Both the position numbers and the translations under genes were made by a program. A stretch of 64,000 nt of DNA from Piromyces finnis finn. Its lineage: Eukaryota; Fungi; Neocallimastigomycota. Where the stretch lies: the NCBI GenBank assembly GCA_002104945.1, contig MCFH01000018.1, positions 434,001-498,000 of the forward strand, in the 5' to 3' direction. The notes beneath the pieces were generated by a model, which worked only from the letters and a program-made list of their open reading frames with translations, had not been told where the DNA came from and did not search any database. Positions 1-13,108 of this stretch are shown piece after piece; the first letter of the stretch is position 1; the number at the start of each line of letters is the position of its first letter.

Positions 1-684
1 AGAACCACCATTGGAGCTAACTCTGATCGATGGGAGAAATGCACTCGGAAGTTAAAAAAAAAAAAAAAAATTCCTTTTTTTAAAAGGATAATATTAAATT
101 ATATATTCAAACATAAATATTAATATTTTTACATTGTTTATCATGTGTATACACGTGTATTTATTAATATTTTGGAAATGATCTTTTTCTGCAAAAAATT
201 TTAAAGTTATGTGTTTTAAATTAAAATAATAGAGTAGTTTTTATCATATAAAAAAAAAGAAAATATATGGAATAATTTTACTTTTAACTGCTACTTAAAA
301 ATATAATAATCCAAGTAAAGTTTATTAATTAAATAATAACACCATAAACTATAATATTTTTATCCAAAATTTTGCACAATAGTATAGTAATAAAGTCATT
401 AATTTCCCCAATTAAGTAATAAAAACAATGCTCTGAATTATTTAGAAATCTTAATCATTTTAAATATTATACCTAAATTATATATTTAAAAGAAGTAGTA
501 ATAATAATTTCTTTACATTTTTATTCTTAATGTTTTATATTATAAAAAAACTCTATATACATACAATTTATTTAATACATTAAATTTTTGTAAATACATT
601 TTTATTAATTTTATATTACAAAATTTATTGATAAAAAAATGTATTGATTCTTTTTTTATTCATCAAAAATAATATTATGTAAAT

Positions 685-3600
685 ATGAGTGAAACAGATA
701 TTTATAAAGTACGATTATATTCTGACCATAAAACAATTCAAATTCAAGCTATAGAGAAAATTAAAAAAACATTACTTAGTTCTTTAAATGAAAATGAAAT
801 AAACAATCTAAATAATTTATTGTGGGAATGCATAAAAAATGATAATCCATCTATTCCAATTACAAAGAGAGTTTACATTTGTTCTCTAAGTATTAATGTT
901 ATCATTGAATTAATAAAAAATGGAAAAAATATATGGATAGATACATTAAATAATTTTTACAATATCATTCCTGGTATTGAAGAAGAAAAGCTTCCTATAA
1001 TTGTAAATGTCATTGTAAAACTATTAGAATTACATGTAGAAAATATTAGCAAAAGTGTTGAATTTAAAGACTATAATACACCATTCGAACAAAATAGTTT
1101 AAATATTCATCCATTTATATACTTAATTCAAAAACGTCCTGAAACCTGGGCTGAAATTATTCCATATCTATACAAGTTCTTACCATGTACAGATGAACTG
1201 CTTGAAATTCAAGAAAATCATAATAATGATTATTTGTTAATTACATTGGAAATGCTTTCACCATTTATTAAATATTCAATTTTAAATTTTGACGATTGCC
1301 ATTGTTTATCAAATTCTTGTATGGTAAAAGATTGGTTAATTAAACTTTTAAAGAATTCTTTGCAATTAACATCTAAAAACAATATCATTGATAAATTAAA
1401 AAATAATATAATTCAATTAATTTATTTCATTTTAATTCATTTAACACCTAATAGTAATAGTATCAATACTATTCACCAGTGTTTTTCATCTGAAATCACC
1501 AATCTATTAATAAATTATGACTTTCAAAATGAATTTTTAGGTGACTTTTTATATAATTTATTGGCTTGTGTTTTGGAACAAAGAAAAAATAATATTTCTA
1601 CTCATACCTTAGTCCTTCAAATTTATTTAATTGTTAAAGAAAAGTCTAAAAAATTAACCATTGAATACAAAGTAATATTCCCAGAAATATGTTTATTACT
1701 AATCGATACTGTTGATGAAGATGAAGAAGCTCATTTAATAAATATTTTATATATCATTATTAACCATGCAATTGAACAACATACACCATTAGTAAAATAC
1801 TTACCATTAGCTATCTTCCCACTTTTACAAGTTTATTCTGAAACTACAAATACAAAGTCAAAGTCAAAAGCTTTAAATCTTGTGAAAACAATAGAACAAA
1901 ATATTTTATTAGCAAACTTTGATAATTCTTTAAAATTAGTTGAAGAAAATACGGTAACAAATGATAAATTTAATACTACAAAGGTAAATTCTTTTATAAT
2001 AGATATAGTTTAAAAAAGTAAGAAAAAATTAAGGATAGTCTACTACTAACAATAAATTAGATAAAAATAATATTTAGATACTACAAAATATAATATTAAT
2101 TTTATATATTAATTTTATATATATTAATATTATTAGATTTTTGATATTATTTATCCATTCCAAAATACAAATATATTTTCTACTTTTATATGGAATATTG
2201 ATATCTTATATGAAGCTTACCACAAAAATGTATTTCCAAAAGATATTTATTTCAACTTTAATGATAATTATAATGTTTTGTACAAATTCTTATTCTTATT
2301 TCACAAGGATGAAAATATTAGATCAGAATGTTTGAAAAATATTATAATTCATAACGAAAATAAATCATTAGTTTTTGGTATTATCTATTTATATCTTTAT
2401 TATTTAAAATTGGAAATAAATCCAGAAAATCAAATGACTATTATTCTTGATAAATTACCATCTTTAACAAACCTCGATGATATCTTTATTACTAATAAAA
2501 TTGTTAAAATTGTAACTCTTTATTTCAATCATAAAAACAATTCCAAAATTAGTAGTTTATCTTCTGTTGGTTTACGTTCTCTTTTTGAAATTTGGAAAAG
2601 ACAACCAAAAACTTGGAATCAATTAAAATATAATATTAGTAATTATATCAATGAAAGAAATAATATTAATTGTGAACCAGATTATGATTTAAATGACTAT
2701 GATATTGCCTATATTACCATTTTACAGTATGTATTAATTGTAACTAATAAATAGTTTATTTTTTTTTTTTTTTTTTTTTTTTGACAATATATAATGAAAT
2801 GAAATTTAAAGGGAAAAAAAATCATTGATAATTCAAAAGTATTAATATTATATTTTTTGTTTGTTTTTCCTTTTTTTAATATATTAATTTCTAAGTGATG
2901 TTTGTGATCATAATATTAAAGAATGTGGTCAGGAATCTATTGCATGGTTAAAAACATTATTTAGTATTAAAAATTTAAATCAATCATGTAAATGCTTACT
3001 TTTAGACACACTTAATAAATGTATCGAAAGTGATATTATAAATGCAAGAGCTGGTAAGTTTAATTATTAATATTATTAGCAGTAGTAGTAGCAGTAGTAG
3101 TAGTAGTATTATAATTATTACAATTATCATTTCTAATACTTTTATACAAATTCTAATTAAATTTTTCTTTCAATAATAATTAAATAGCTTGGATCTTAAT
3201 TATCAATGAATTTGTAAATTCATTAAAAGAAAATACACATCATTTAGTTTACAAATATCTCTTCCAATATTATAATTTGGTTGCTGTAAAAACTGAAGAT
3301 ACTGAAATTTATTACGAGTTCAAATCTTTAATTCTGTCCAATTATATTCTCCCGTTATTAGGTAGTGAAAGTTTCACAATTAGATCTTATGTAGTTGATA
3401 CTATATCTTTATATCCAGCTAGTGAAATTATTGAACAACTTCCACCTCCAAGTGAAATTGTTAAATTTACAGGAAATAATAATTATGACGAAATTGTTAA
3501 ACTTTATAATATCTTACTTAATAACGAAATAACTAACACTAAAAGTTATAAAAACAATAAGAATAATAAGATTGATGATTCAAGAATTAAATCTATTAAT

Positions 3601-6600
3601 TCTCTGAAAGAATATTCTAACTCAATAATTGATGAATGGTACACTGAATGGAAAAATGGTAATATTTCTATTGGTAAAAAGTCTGGTGTAATGCATGCTC
3701 TTCTTCATAGCTTCCCAAGAAATATTATAACAATTGATTCATCTCAAAAAATTACTAAAGAAAATAATATTGAAATTATTCAAATGATACAAAGTGCATT
3801 AGAAGAAATTTCTTTTTCCGACAGTATAACCTCCAGATTAAGTATCATTGCCTCATGGTGTTCCTTTTTTGAAAAGCAATTCAACAATATTGAAAATGCT
3901 GGACAAACAAAAACAGAACTTTTCCTCTTCGCTAAAGATTTATTTAATGAAAAAATGAGACATTCAGAAATACCATCTCTCTGTGCTAATAGTTTTATTG
4001 CCTACACCGGTTTAGTCGTAGCTTATTACAGAACAAATAATAGTTCATATCAATATATAAATGAATTAATTGATAATCTTCTTCAATATAGTAATCTTGA
4101 CTCATACATTCGAAATGAATTCAATAATAATGATGACATCCGATTTTCTATAATTATGTCAATTACCTTCCTCTATAACTATATTCATGCTACGGATGAA
4201 AGGAGAAAAAAGAATATATTTAATCAATTTAGATATTTAATTCAAAATATTTCTGATAGAAACAGCTGGCATGCCTTTGCCTTGACCTACGGTTTAGGTC
4301 ACATTATTAATAGTTTAATTCGTTCACTTTCAAATGAATCCCAAGATGCCGGAAAAAGTTTAAAACAAAGTGATCACTTTGACTATTTGAGAGAATATAT
4401 TGATAGTCTTAGCAATGGTTTTGAGAACAATCAACAAAAAGAATCCTTAGAATTATTTGGAAGAAAATTAGGATTTACAAAATTATTAGAATTAAATGAT
4501 ACCTCCCTCATTAGTAAAGAAGTTGTTTTAACTATCTTGGGAAAATGCTATAAAGAAATTGAAATGCTTTTTGAAGGTAAATCTATTAAATATATAGAAG
4601 GTGATTTCTGGATTTTAGCTTATGCTAGCCTCATGGACAGAGAAGAAGAAATAGAAGAAGAAAAAGAAGAAGAAGCCAACACTAGCAATAATAATGATTT
4701 ATTAAGTAAGATTGAACTTGTATTTAATCAAGCTTTAGCCTTTATTAGAACCAAGGATTCTCAAGAAAGTTTATATGTTCATCTTTTCTCCTCTTACTGT
4801 TTCTTCAAATTCCTGAAATTTATTCAAAAATTAAATGAAGATTCAGATGATAGTTTAATGGAAATCTTATCTTATCGCTCTCAGCTTTTAAGTTTAGTAC
4901 AATTATTCTCAGAGGATGGTATTGCTAATAATACAAAAATATCTAGTGTCTTTGGTACTATGGCCTTATTAGGTGTCAATATTATTGATTTAGAAAACGA
5001 TCGTAATGAAGTTATTCAAGAATACGCTGATAATGTAAAAGAAATATTAGAAAAATTAAAATCATTATATGGATCAGCTACAGGTAAAAGTTTAAAAGAT
5101 GCTAGATTATCTTTTATTCTTCAAGGTCGTCTTCTTCAATCTATTTACACCATCAATATGAATAAAAAGAAAACCACTGAAAATGAAACTAAATCAAACA
5201 ATAAAAATGAAGGAAATAATGAACCTAAGGATTATTCTAGATTCCCATTAAAAACAAGTTATCTTAGAGCTATATTTAATTATTTAAATAAATTATCTAA
5301 AGGTAAAAAAAAAAAAAAAAAAAAAAATATTATATAAATAAAACAATATATAAATATATAATGTAATTAAAAAAAAAGAAATAATGAATATTCACATTTA
5401 TATATATTTTTTAATTATTATTATTATTATTATAATTATTTTATAATAGAAACTGAACTTAATGAAAATCAATACAATATAATAAAAATATTATTAAAGT
5501 CATTAATAAGTATTGATATTTCATTACCAAGTGTTAATTGGAATCCATTACTTAGTCAATTAACATTAATGAACATTAATAGTAATGAAATAAAAATCTT
5601 ATGTTTAAAGTTTGCATTAAAACATGTTTATCTAAACCATAAATTGTCAAACTCTATGTTATTCTATTTATTAAATTCAATTACCTTTTTATTTTCAGAA
5701 AATAATATTCAACATCATAAAGATTTATTAGAATGGTTTATTAGTGAGGAAGGTCTCGGAAATCAACTTTCACTTGGTGGTTTACCTCCATTTGATAAAA
5801 TTGATGAAAAAACTACCGTCAATGTAAATAATGTAGTTATATCCTATACCAAGACTACAGAAATTGTTCAAGTATTGATTAATTCTATATATATTTGTGA
5901 AAATACTCAAAAGGTAATACCATATAAAAATATTTACTTATTTATTTATTTATTTATTTATTTATCTATTTATTTATTTATTTATTTATCTATTTATCTA
6001 TTTATTTATAATATGATAATAATATATTTATCTTTTTAATTTTTTTTTTTTTTTTTTATTTTTGAAATTCCAGAATTTAGAAAAGCTTATAGAAGTTTTA
6101 GCCAAACATTTATTATCCATTCCATTAATTGAGAATGAATCATCAAATTCAAACATTGAAAAAGTTAAACAAGAAATATTAAACATTTTAAAGAATATTT
6201 ATGAAAATATTTCCATTTTAGATGATATAAATAATATGAAGATTATTCGATTAATCTTTTCATGTTATGTTTGTGATCCAGATCGTTTGATGGAATTAAT
6301 TAGTTTAACCAACGAAAAAGATTACCTTGGAAAATATGAAAATAATAATATTACTAATGACCTGGAATTACAAAAATTAAATATTGGTATTAGTCAGTTA
6401 GTTGATATGGAATGTGATTCAAATTATCCAAAATCATTAAAACAAAATATTAGACGTAGTATTAAATATAATAAGGAAGAAGTAACCAAAAAGACGTTAA
6501 TTGAAGTATTCACTATCATGGAAAATAAAAGAGTGGAAGACAAAATTAAAAAAGATATTTTCCTCATGAATATTAGTTGTATTTTCCAAAATATTGAACA

Positions 6601-7189
6601 TCTTTTAAGTATTAAACATCAAAGTTTAGTTGATCAAGATAAATTACAATGGCTCCAAGAAATTCTTGATCTTTCCATATTATATCGTAATGAAAAAGAA
6701 AGTACTTTTTACTTGAGAAAAATAATTTTCGGTATAATGAACATTTTATGGACCAAAACACCAGAAAAGAGTGAAAAACAAGAAGACAACTTTGAAAATA
6801 TTATGAATCTCTATAAAAAACTTAAAGAAGAAAACAATAATTTAGTTGTTGATTTGGACGATTTTGACTTTTTATTTAAATCGGATGTGAATAAGGAAAA
6901 ACAAGAAGCTGTAAGTTTCCCATTTATATATATAATACAATATAATATTCATAAATATACCACCATTAAATTTATTTCTTTTTAATTATGATTCTATGAC
7001 TATATTATTAATTAATGGTTTTATTTTAATAAAAAGATATGTAAAAGATTATTTAGCATTATGAAACACTTTTCAGAATCCAATGATGAAATGTCAGATG
7101 AAGGTTACTACGAACTTAAATTTGGATTAATTCGCTATCATAATAAAAGTAACTTTATTCAATCCCACCTTATTGAATTAAGTCAATAA
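685..7189 (+). CDS. FOCAD: Focadhesin/RST1-like large ARM-repeat protein (DUF3730-type), 7 exons: ~685-1983, 2137-2726, 2896-3053, 3188-5302, 5450-5913, 6074-6910, 7037-7189
   Basis: Five track ORFs join in frame through GT..AG introns (phases checked by eye). The motifs 'LRSLFEIWKRQPKTWNQL', 'DVCDHNIKECGQE' and 'LPSVNWNPLL' resemble focadhesin/RST1 motifs (LxxLWxxQ..., DxC, LPPVNW). Family call is from recalled motifs, not a database search. Confidence 0.7.
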
Positions 7190-7548
7190 ATATATCTTTC
7201 ATAATAATCATAATAAACATATTTAAAAAAAAATATATATATATATATTATTATTATTAAACAATCCCTCTAAATAAAACATTTACAAACAAATATAAAC
7301 ATAAAATATAAAATTGTAATAATAATTATTTCATTATTTACTTTTTATATATTTTTATTTTATTTTATTTTCAATAATTTCTTTTTTTTTAAAAAAAAAA
7401 AAGGTTAAATCAATTATATTTAATATATATTATTATACTTTTTTTTTTTTTTTTTAGCGTAATATATATATTATATATATGGATTTTTCTATTTCTTAAA
7501 AATATATTTTCATTTTAAAATAAAAATAGAAAAAAAAAAAAAAAAAGA

Positions 7549-8750
7549 TTATATGGTTAAGTCATTTTGTCTTTCCAATAAATATGTTTGAAGTTCCAAT
7601 AACTGTAACATTTGTTCTTGTGATAATTCTGATATTGGTTCTTTTGTAACAAGGTTTTCTGAATAGAGATTGGAATGTAATGAAGAATATAATTTTTTTT
7701 CTGATATAATTTCTTGCATGTTTTGTTGTTGTTGTTGTCTAACGGTAGATACGTCAAGATTTGTATCACTTGCAACATTATTAATGTAATCTCCTTCACT
7801 AAGGAGATTATTAAGGATTTTATTAATACTACCATTTGCAATATCTGACACGTTATTCTCTGGCAGAAGAGTGTCCGCTGCAGGGAATTCTCATTGGTGA
7901 GCGCTGCGGGCTCGCCAACACTCGACTGTGGAGATATTGTGTCGATATTGAAAATAAGAGTATTAATGTTGTCATTACCTTTTGGGATAGTATTTATATT
8001 GGTTAATGGGATAGAATGAATATCTTCATATAATGGAGATGCAAGTGAAATATCTGAAATACTTTCGGGTGAATTTAAATTAGAAATAAAATTATTTTCG
8101 TTATCATTATTTGCAATAGAATTTATATTAGTTGATGGTATAGATCGAATATCTTCATATAATGGAGATGCAAGAGAAATATCTGAAATACTTTCAGGAG
8201 AATTTATATCAAAAGTGAAATTATTTCTAGGAGATAAAGAATTGACATTATTATTGGGAAGAAGGTCATTTGGAATATGAAATTGTTCTATTGAATTAAT
8301 TTTTGAATTATTATATATAGTATTCATTTGACTTAATATTTGAGTTAAATGTTGAACTTGTAATTTTAAATTTGCATTTTCATCTTTTAATTTTTTATTT
8401 TCTTTATCTATTTTTTCTTTATGTTTTATTAATTCTACATTCATTTTTTCCAATGATTCAATATACTTCTTCTTTTTTTGCCTTGAGGCATTAGCCGAGG
8501 CCCTATTTCGTATTATTCTAATATGAATTAAAAAATAAGCTATTTAATAATTATTCAAAAATAATATTTTTTTATCACTAACATTTTACTATAATTATTA
8601 ATATATTATATTGTATTGTATTATATTGGATTATATATACCTTTCTCTCCTTTTTCTTTCACGTTCCAATTCCTTGTTAATTTTTTCTTCTTCATTTATA
8701 TTAACTTGTTCTTTTAGTATAGGTTTTGGTAATATATTTAAAGTGCTCAT
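7549..8750 (-). CDS. HAC1: HAC1/XBP1-like bZIP transcription factor of the unfolded protein response. Exon 1 8750-8641, exon 2 from 8517. Unspliced form ~356 aa (stop 7557); Ire1-spliced form ~350 aa (stop 7549)
   Basis: Reconstructed N-terminus MSTLNILPKP...ERKRRERIIRNRASANASRQKKKKYIESLEKMNVEL...LKDENANLKLQVQHLTQIL is a bZIP basic region plus leucine zipper. Two overlapping open frames at the 3' end are joined by removing a 26-nt segment flanked by CNG|CAGC loops. Confidence 0.9.
7881..7906 (-). other. Unconventional 26-nt Ire1-spliced intron
   Basis: Minus strand reads GAGC-CCG|CAGC-GCTC accaatgagaat TCC-CTG|CAGC-GGA. This gives two 7-nt CNG|CAGC loops on stems whose cut sites are exactly 26 nt apart, closed by a GAGTGT/ACACTC base stem. 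Removal shifts translation into the 7549-ending frame (...EPAADTLLPENNVSDIANG...). Confidence 0.9.
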
Positions 8751-9530
8751 TTATATATATATATATTATTTAACTTTTTTTTATAAATTGTACTTCTTAT
8801 TTTATGATTTATATATTTAATTTTATTTATAATTTTCCTTTTTTTTTTTTTTTTTTTTTCTTTCAATTTAACTATTTATTTACAAAGAATTTTTTTTTTT
8901 TCACTAAAATTATTTTAAAAATAAAATAAAGTCCGTCTTTTTCTTTCCTTTAAATATTTTTTTTTTATTTTTCCTCTTCCTTCTTTAAAATTCTTTAATA
9001 TAAATTTTTATGTTCATATATTATGTTTATATTATAATATAAAAGCATTAACCACAAAAAAGTTGGTAAAATTTTAAAAAATATATTGAAAATGTTGTTC
9101 GTTTTTTATTGGCTAATTTTCAAACTTTAATAATTATTATTTTTCATAATTTTGTTTAAACAAAATAGATTAAAAAAATTTTAGAATGATTCTAATTTTT
9201 TTGTTATAATCTGTTTTAAATGTCTTTTACATTACTTTAAAATGTACATTATCATGTTTATAATGTATTGGTAATACAGAAATGGTGTTTGTATACATAA
9301 TGTATGAAGAGATACAGACTATGAAAATAAGATTTAATTAAAAAATATTTGAATTATTATTGGTCAATATTTGGAGTAGTACTATATATAAAATATATAA
9401 ATATAAATCAAAATATATCAAAATATATTGGTAATTAAATACTATAATAATTGTTTTTAGTATAATTACTCAACTAAAATTTTTTTTTTTTTATTTTACT
9501 CTAACTTTTTTTTAATCTAATAAAAATAAA

Positions 9531-10187
9531 ATGGAAAACGATTCAAAAAGAGAAACTACTTCTGAACATATTAACTTAAAGGTTATTGGTTCTGATAAGA
9601 ACGAAATTGGTAAATAGCAATGATTTATTTATAGCTACAATAATAATAACAATAAGTTTTTATTTTTAATTCCTTTTTTTTTTAATGTCTAATCAATTAT
9701 TTATTTTATAATAAAATAAATAGCTTTTAAGATTAAGAGAACCACTCCACTTCAAAAGTTAATGGATGCTTACATTGAAAAGATGGGTTTTGTATGTTTA
9801 AAAATTTTATAACTTTTTATTTTTGAAATTTAAAAAAGGATAAAAAAAAAGCTAAAACAAAAAATTAATATATAAATATTTAAATATTATTAGGAAAGAA
9901 ACTCTGTTAGATTCTTATTCGATGGTCAAAGATTAGTTGGTTCCAACACTCCACAAGATGTAAATAATATTTTCAAATTTATAAAATATATAAATCTAAA
10001 AAAATATTTGTCAAAATGAATAGTATGATAAAAATAAAAAAAAAATACAGCTTATTAATTTTATTTATTTATTTATTTATTTTAAATTTCTATATCAATC
10101 ATTATATAAATTATTTAAATATAGTTGGAAATGGAAAATGAAGATATTATTACTGCTGCCAGTGAACAAATTGGTGGAGGATTTTAA
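9531..10187 (+). CDS. SMT3: SUMO (small ubiquitin-like modifier), 4 exons: 9531-9609, 9724-9791, 9894-9959, 10125-10187
   Basis: Spliced translation MENDSKRETTSEHINLKVIGSDKNEIAFKIKRTTPLQKLMDAYIEKMGFERNSVRFLFDGQRLVGSNTPQDLEMENEDIITAASEQIGGGF has the hallmark HINLKV, FKIKRTTPL, RFLFDG and QIGG motifs. Not in the ORF track. Confidence 0.95.
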
Positions 10188-10652
10188 ATTTTCATATAAT
10201 ATAATATAAATAATAATATTATATAAAATTTAAAATTATTTAGTAATTTATATAAAAACACATAAATAATATTTGAACTACTTATCATAAAGCAATCCAA
10301 ATTATTATAATAAACTCAATTCATAATTTTAAAATAATGCATATGTATAATTAAAAAAAAAAAAAAAAAAAAAAAAAGAAAAAAAAGAAAAAAAAGAAAA
10401 GAAATCAAATTCTTTAGAAAAATATATAATGAATAGTCAATAAAATGCATTTAAAACTTTTTAAAAAAAAATTAATTTTTATTTCTTGATATATTTAAAG
10501 CGTTAATAATCAGTATGATTAAGCAATAAAAAGTGGTGATTTCTAGGAAAACCTATATTAAAAAAAGGAGAAATATTTAAGAATATTCATTTTAATATTG
10601 TTATTGTATATATAAATAGTTAAAATATATTTTGTATTTTAAAGTATAATTT

Positions 10653-13108
10653 TTAATAAATAAAGGAAAGAAGGCGTACATCAAAATAAAATTGGGATTT
10701 AGTAATGGGGAAACCATCGCTATACTTTATATCAATGTACATGGAATAGATGAAGGTCAATGCATAACTATAAATACTATATAGAATTAATAATATAAAA
10801 TGATTAGGTTTTATTATATAATAATAATAGTAATAGTAATAATATAATTTATTGTATTTTACCAATATAATGTTAAATTCCATAAATTTTTAATTTTTTT
10901 AATATACTTTTTACTTTCTTCATATTGAGTTCTATAAAAAAAATAAATTAAAAAAAAAAAAGTAAGATTAATAAATACAATGATAGCTTAATTTTCATTT
11001 GATTAATATGTAAAGAAGTAAAATAAATTAAAAAAAAAAAAAAGTAAGATTAATAAATACAATGATAGCTTAATTTTCATTTGATTAATATGTAAAGAAG
11101 TAAAATAAATTAATAAATATAGATATGATAGATTACGTTTGTAACTTAAATCCCTTTTTAAGATAAGTAACAATTTCATATCCGTAGTAGTAAAACATTA
11201 AACATTGAATAATTAAAAAGACTTTTATAATAACTTGTAATAAAGTTATTATTGGGATATTATTGATACAAAATAATAAACAGAAAATACCATAAAGAGC
11301 AATCATAATCTAAAAAAAAAAAAAAAAGTAAAAATAAATGATTGTAAATAATATTTATCTATATAAATAAAATATATATAGTCGGAAGGATAATTACATA
11401 GGTAAAAATACAATAATATTTATTCATAAACTTATAAATAAAGTTTATAAAATGATTAGAATTCAAATTGTATATTTTCTTAACCAATTTAACCCAGTCA
11501 TTACAAAGTAAGGATAAGCATATATATACTAATATAGTATTATATATAAATCATTGTGTTAATTATATATTTAATAATTTAATTATATATTATTAAAAAA
11601 AAAAAAAAGGTATCGTATCATTACTTAAATAATAGGATAAGTTATATATTAGTAAATATATATAATATATGGATATGCAATTGTGAATATAGTTTCCAGT
11701 ACGAACATACATTGATTCTTTTTTAAAGTTTAAACAAAGTAGCCACAGTGTCAATATTAACCTAACTATTATATTAAAATATATATATCATTTTTGATTA
11801 ATATTTTTTTCAAATTTTGACATAGAAAAAAAAAAAACTAATATTTTTAGTTTTATAATTTTGTTTTGATGCTAAAAATTTGAATTTTATTTTAATTATA
11901 ATATTATTGTTTTCTTTTTTTTAAAGGGTGTATTAATTTTATTACAAAAAAAAAAAAAAAAAAAAAAAACTAATTATTAATTTTAATTTGAAGCAACATT
12001 ATTTGCTTTTTAATATTTGATATAATATCCTAATGTAAATATCTACATAATTTTAATTGAATTTACCAAAAACGGCACAAAATAAGCTAATATAATTATA
12101 AACTCTTTTTTTATATATAATAAAAAATATTAATAATATTTAATGGTAGAATTATTAATAATAATTTTATTCATTACGTTATGTTTTTTCTAAAAAATTC
12201 TTTATGAAATATATTTCTTCCCATAAAGATTAAAATTGAAAGATTTATTATAATTTTTAAAATATATGAGGATTTTATGTGAAGAGACTTTTTATAGCTT
12301 AAGCTTTCCCTAACATCTTATTATAATATTTATAATTTTATTAATATTAAAATACAATTTTTTTAAATCTTTATATTTTATCTTTTTATAAAAAGAAATA
12401 ATTTACTATCAGAAATTTCAATTGGTATAGAATGGTTAGGATCATTTATTATATTATGCTTTGTCATAATTGTAATATGTAGTTTATTATTATAATATTT
12501 ACAATTACATAAACTTGAAAAAAATTCATGATCTTTAAATTGTAAATACCTCTTTAAAGTAGCAATATTATTATTGTTATTATTAATATTAATTCTATGT
12601 AAATGTATATTGTAAAATGTATGTATATATTTACCCTTATATCATATATATCATTGAATTGAACAATTAAAAGTTCAGGTAGATTGATCACATTATCATA
12701 AAGATTCTTTATATTTAAAATATCAAAAGTATAATCATCTGACTCTTTATAACAATTATGTAGAACTAAATCATCCGTAGTTGTTACAGCTATCTTTTTA
12801 TTTTCTTCATAAATTGGCTCGCATTTATTACTCGATTCCCATTTTAAATTATATGTAGTATCTTGTGTCAAGTTATAATGATAATTCATTGAAGAAGTAA
12901 TGGAAATGTCATAATTTTTAATAGCATAGGAATAGGATAATAGATCAGTATTTCCATTGGCATCATATATTTCATAAAAGATTGAAGAGGTTTCTCTTTT
13001 TTCAAATGTCTCTATGTTGTTATTAATAAATTTAATTGATGCATTTACCTTAATACTATTTATTATTAGATAAAATAAAATTATAGATAGTAATATATTT
13101 TTTTCCAT
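10653..13108 (-). CDS. Predicted signal-peptide, multi-pass membrane protein of unknown family, multi-exon; may be a pseudogene
   Basis: ORF 13108-12554 starts with a signal-peptide-like segment followed by a hydrophilic domain. Downstream exon-like blocks (~11762-11635, ~11310-11136, ~10790-10653) encode hydrophobic TM-like stretches (e.g. LILTLWLLCLNF, KVFLIIQCLMFYYYG). The ~11310-11136 block has in-frame TAA TAA in its best frame. Confidence 0.45.
10944..11110. repeat. Tandem direct duplication, 2 copies of ~83 bp
   Basis: 'taaatta(a)n gtaagattaataaatacaatgatagcttaattttcatttgattaatatgtaaagaagtaaaa' occurs twice back to back, differing in poly-A length. Confidence 0.85.

Noticed and set aside
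1-56. GC-richer stretch at the window start (EPPLELTLIDGRNALGS* in one frame)
   Set aside because: Probably the tail of an upstream gene, but too short and truncated to call.
685-10187. Functional clustering of FOCAD (RNA surveillance), HAC1 and SUMO
   Set aside because: Adjacent eukaryotic housekeeping genes with no shared regulatory signal visible; likely coincidental.
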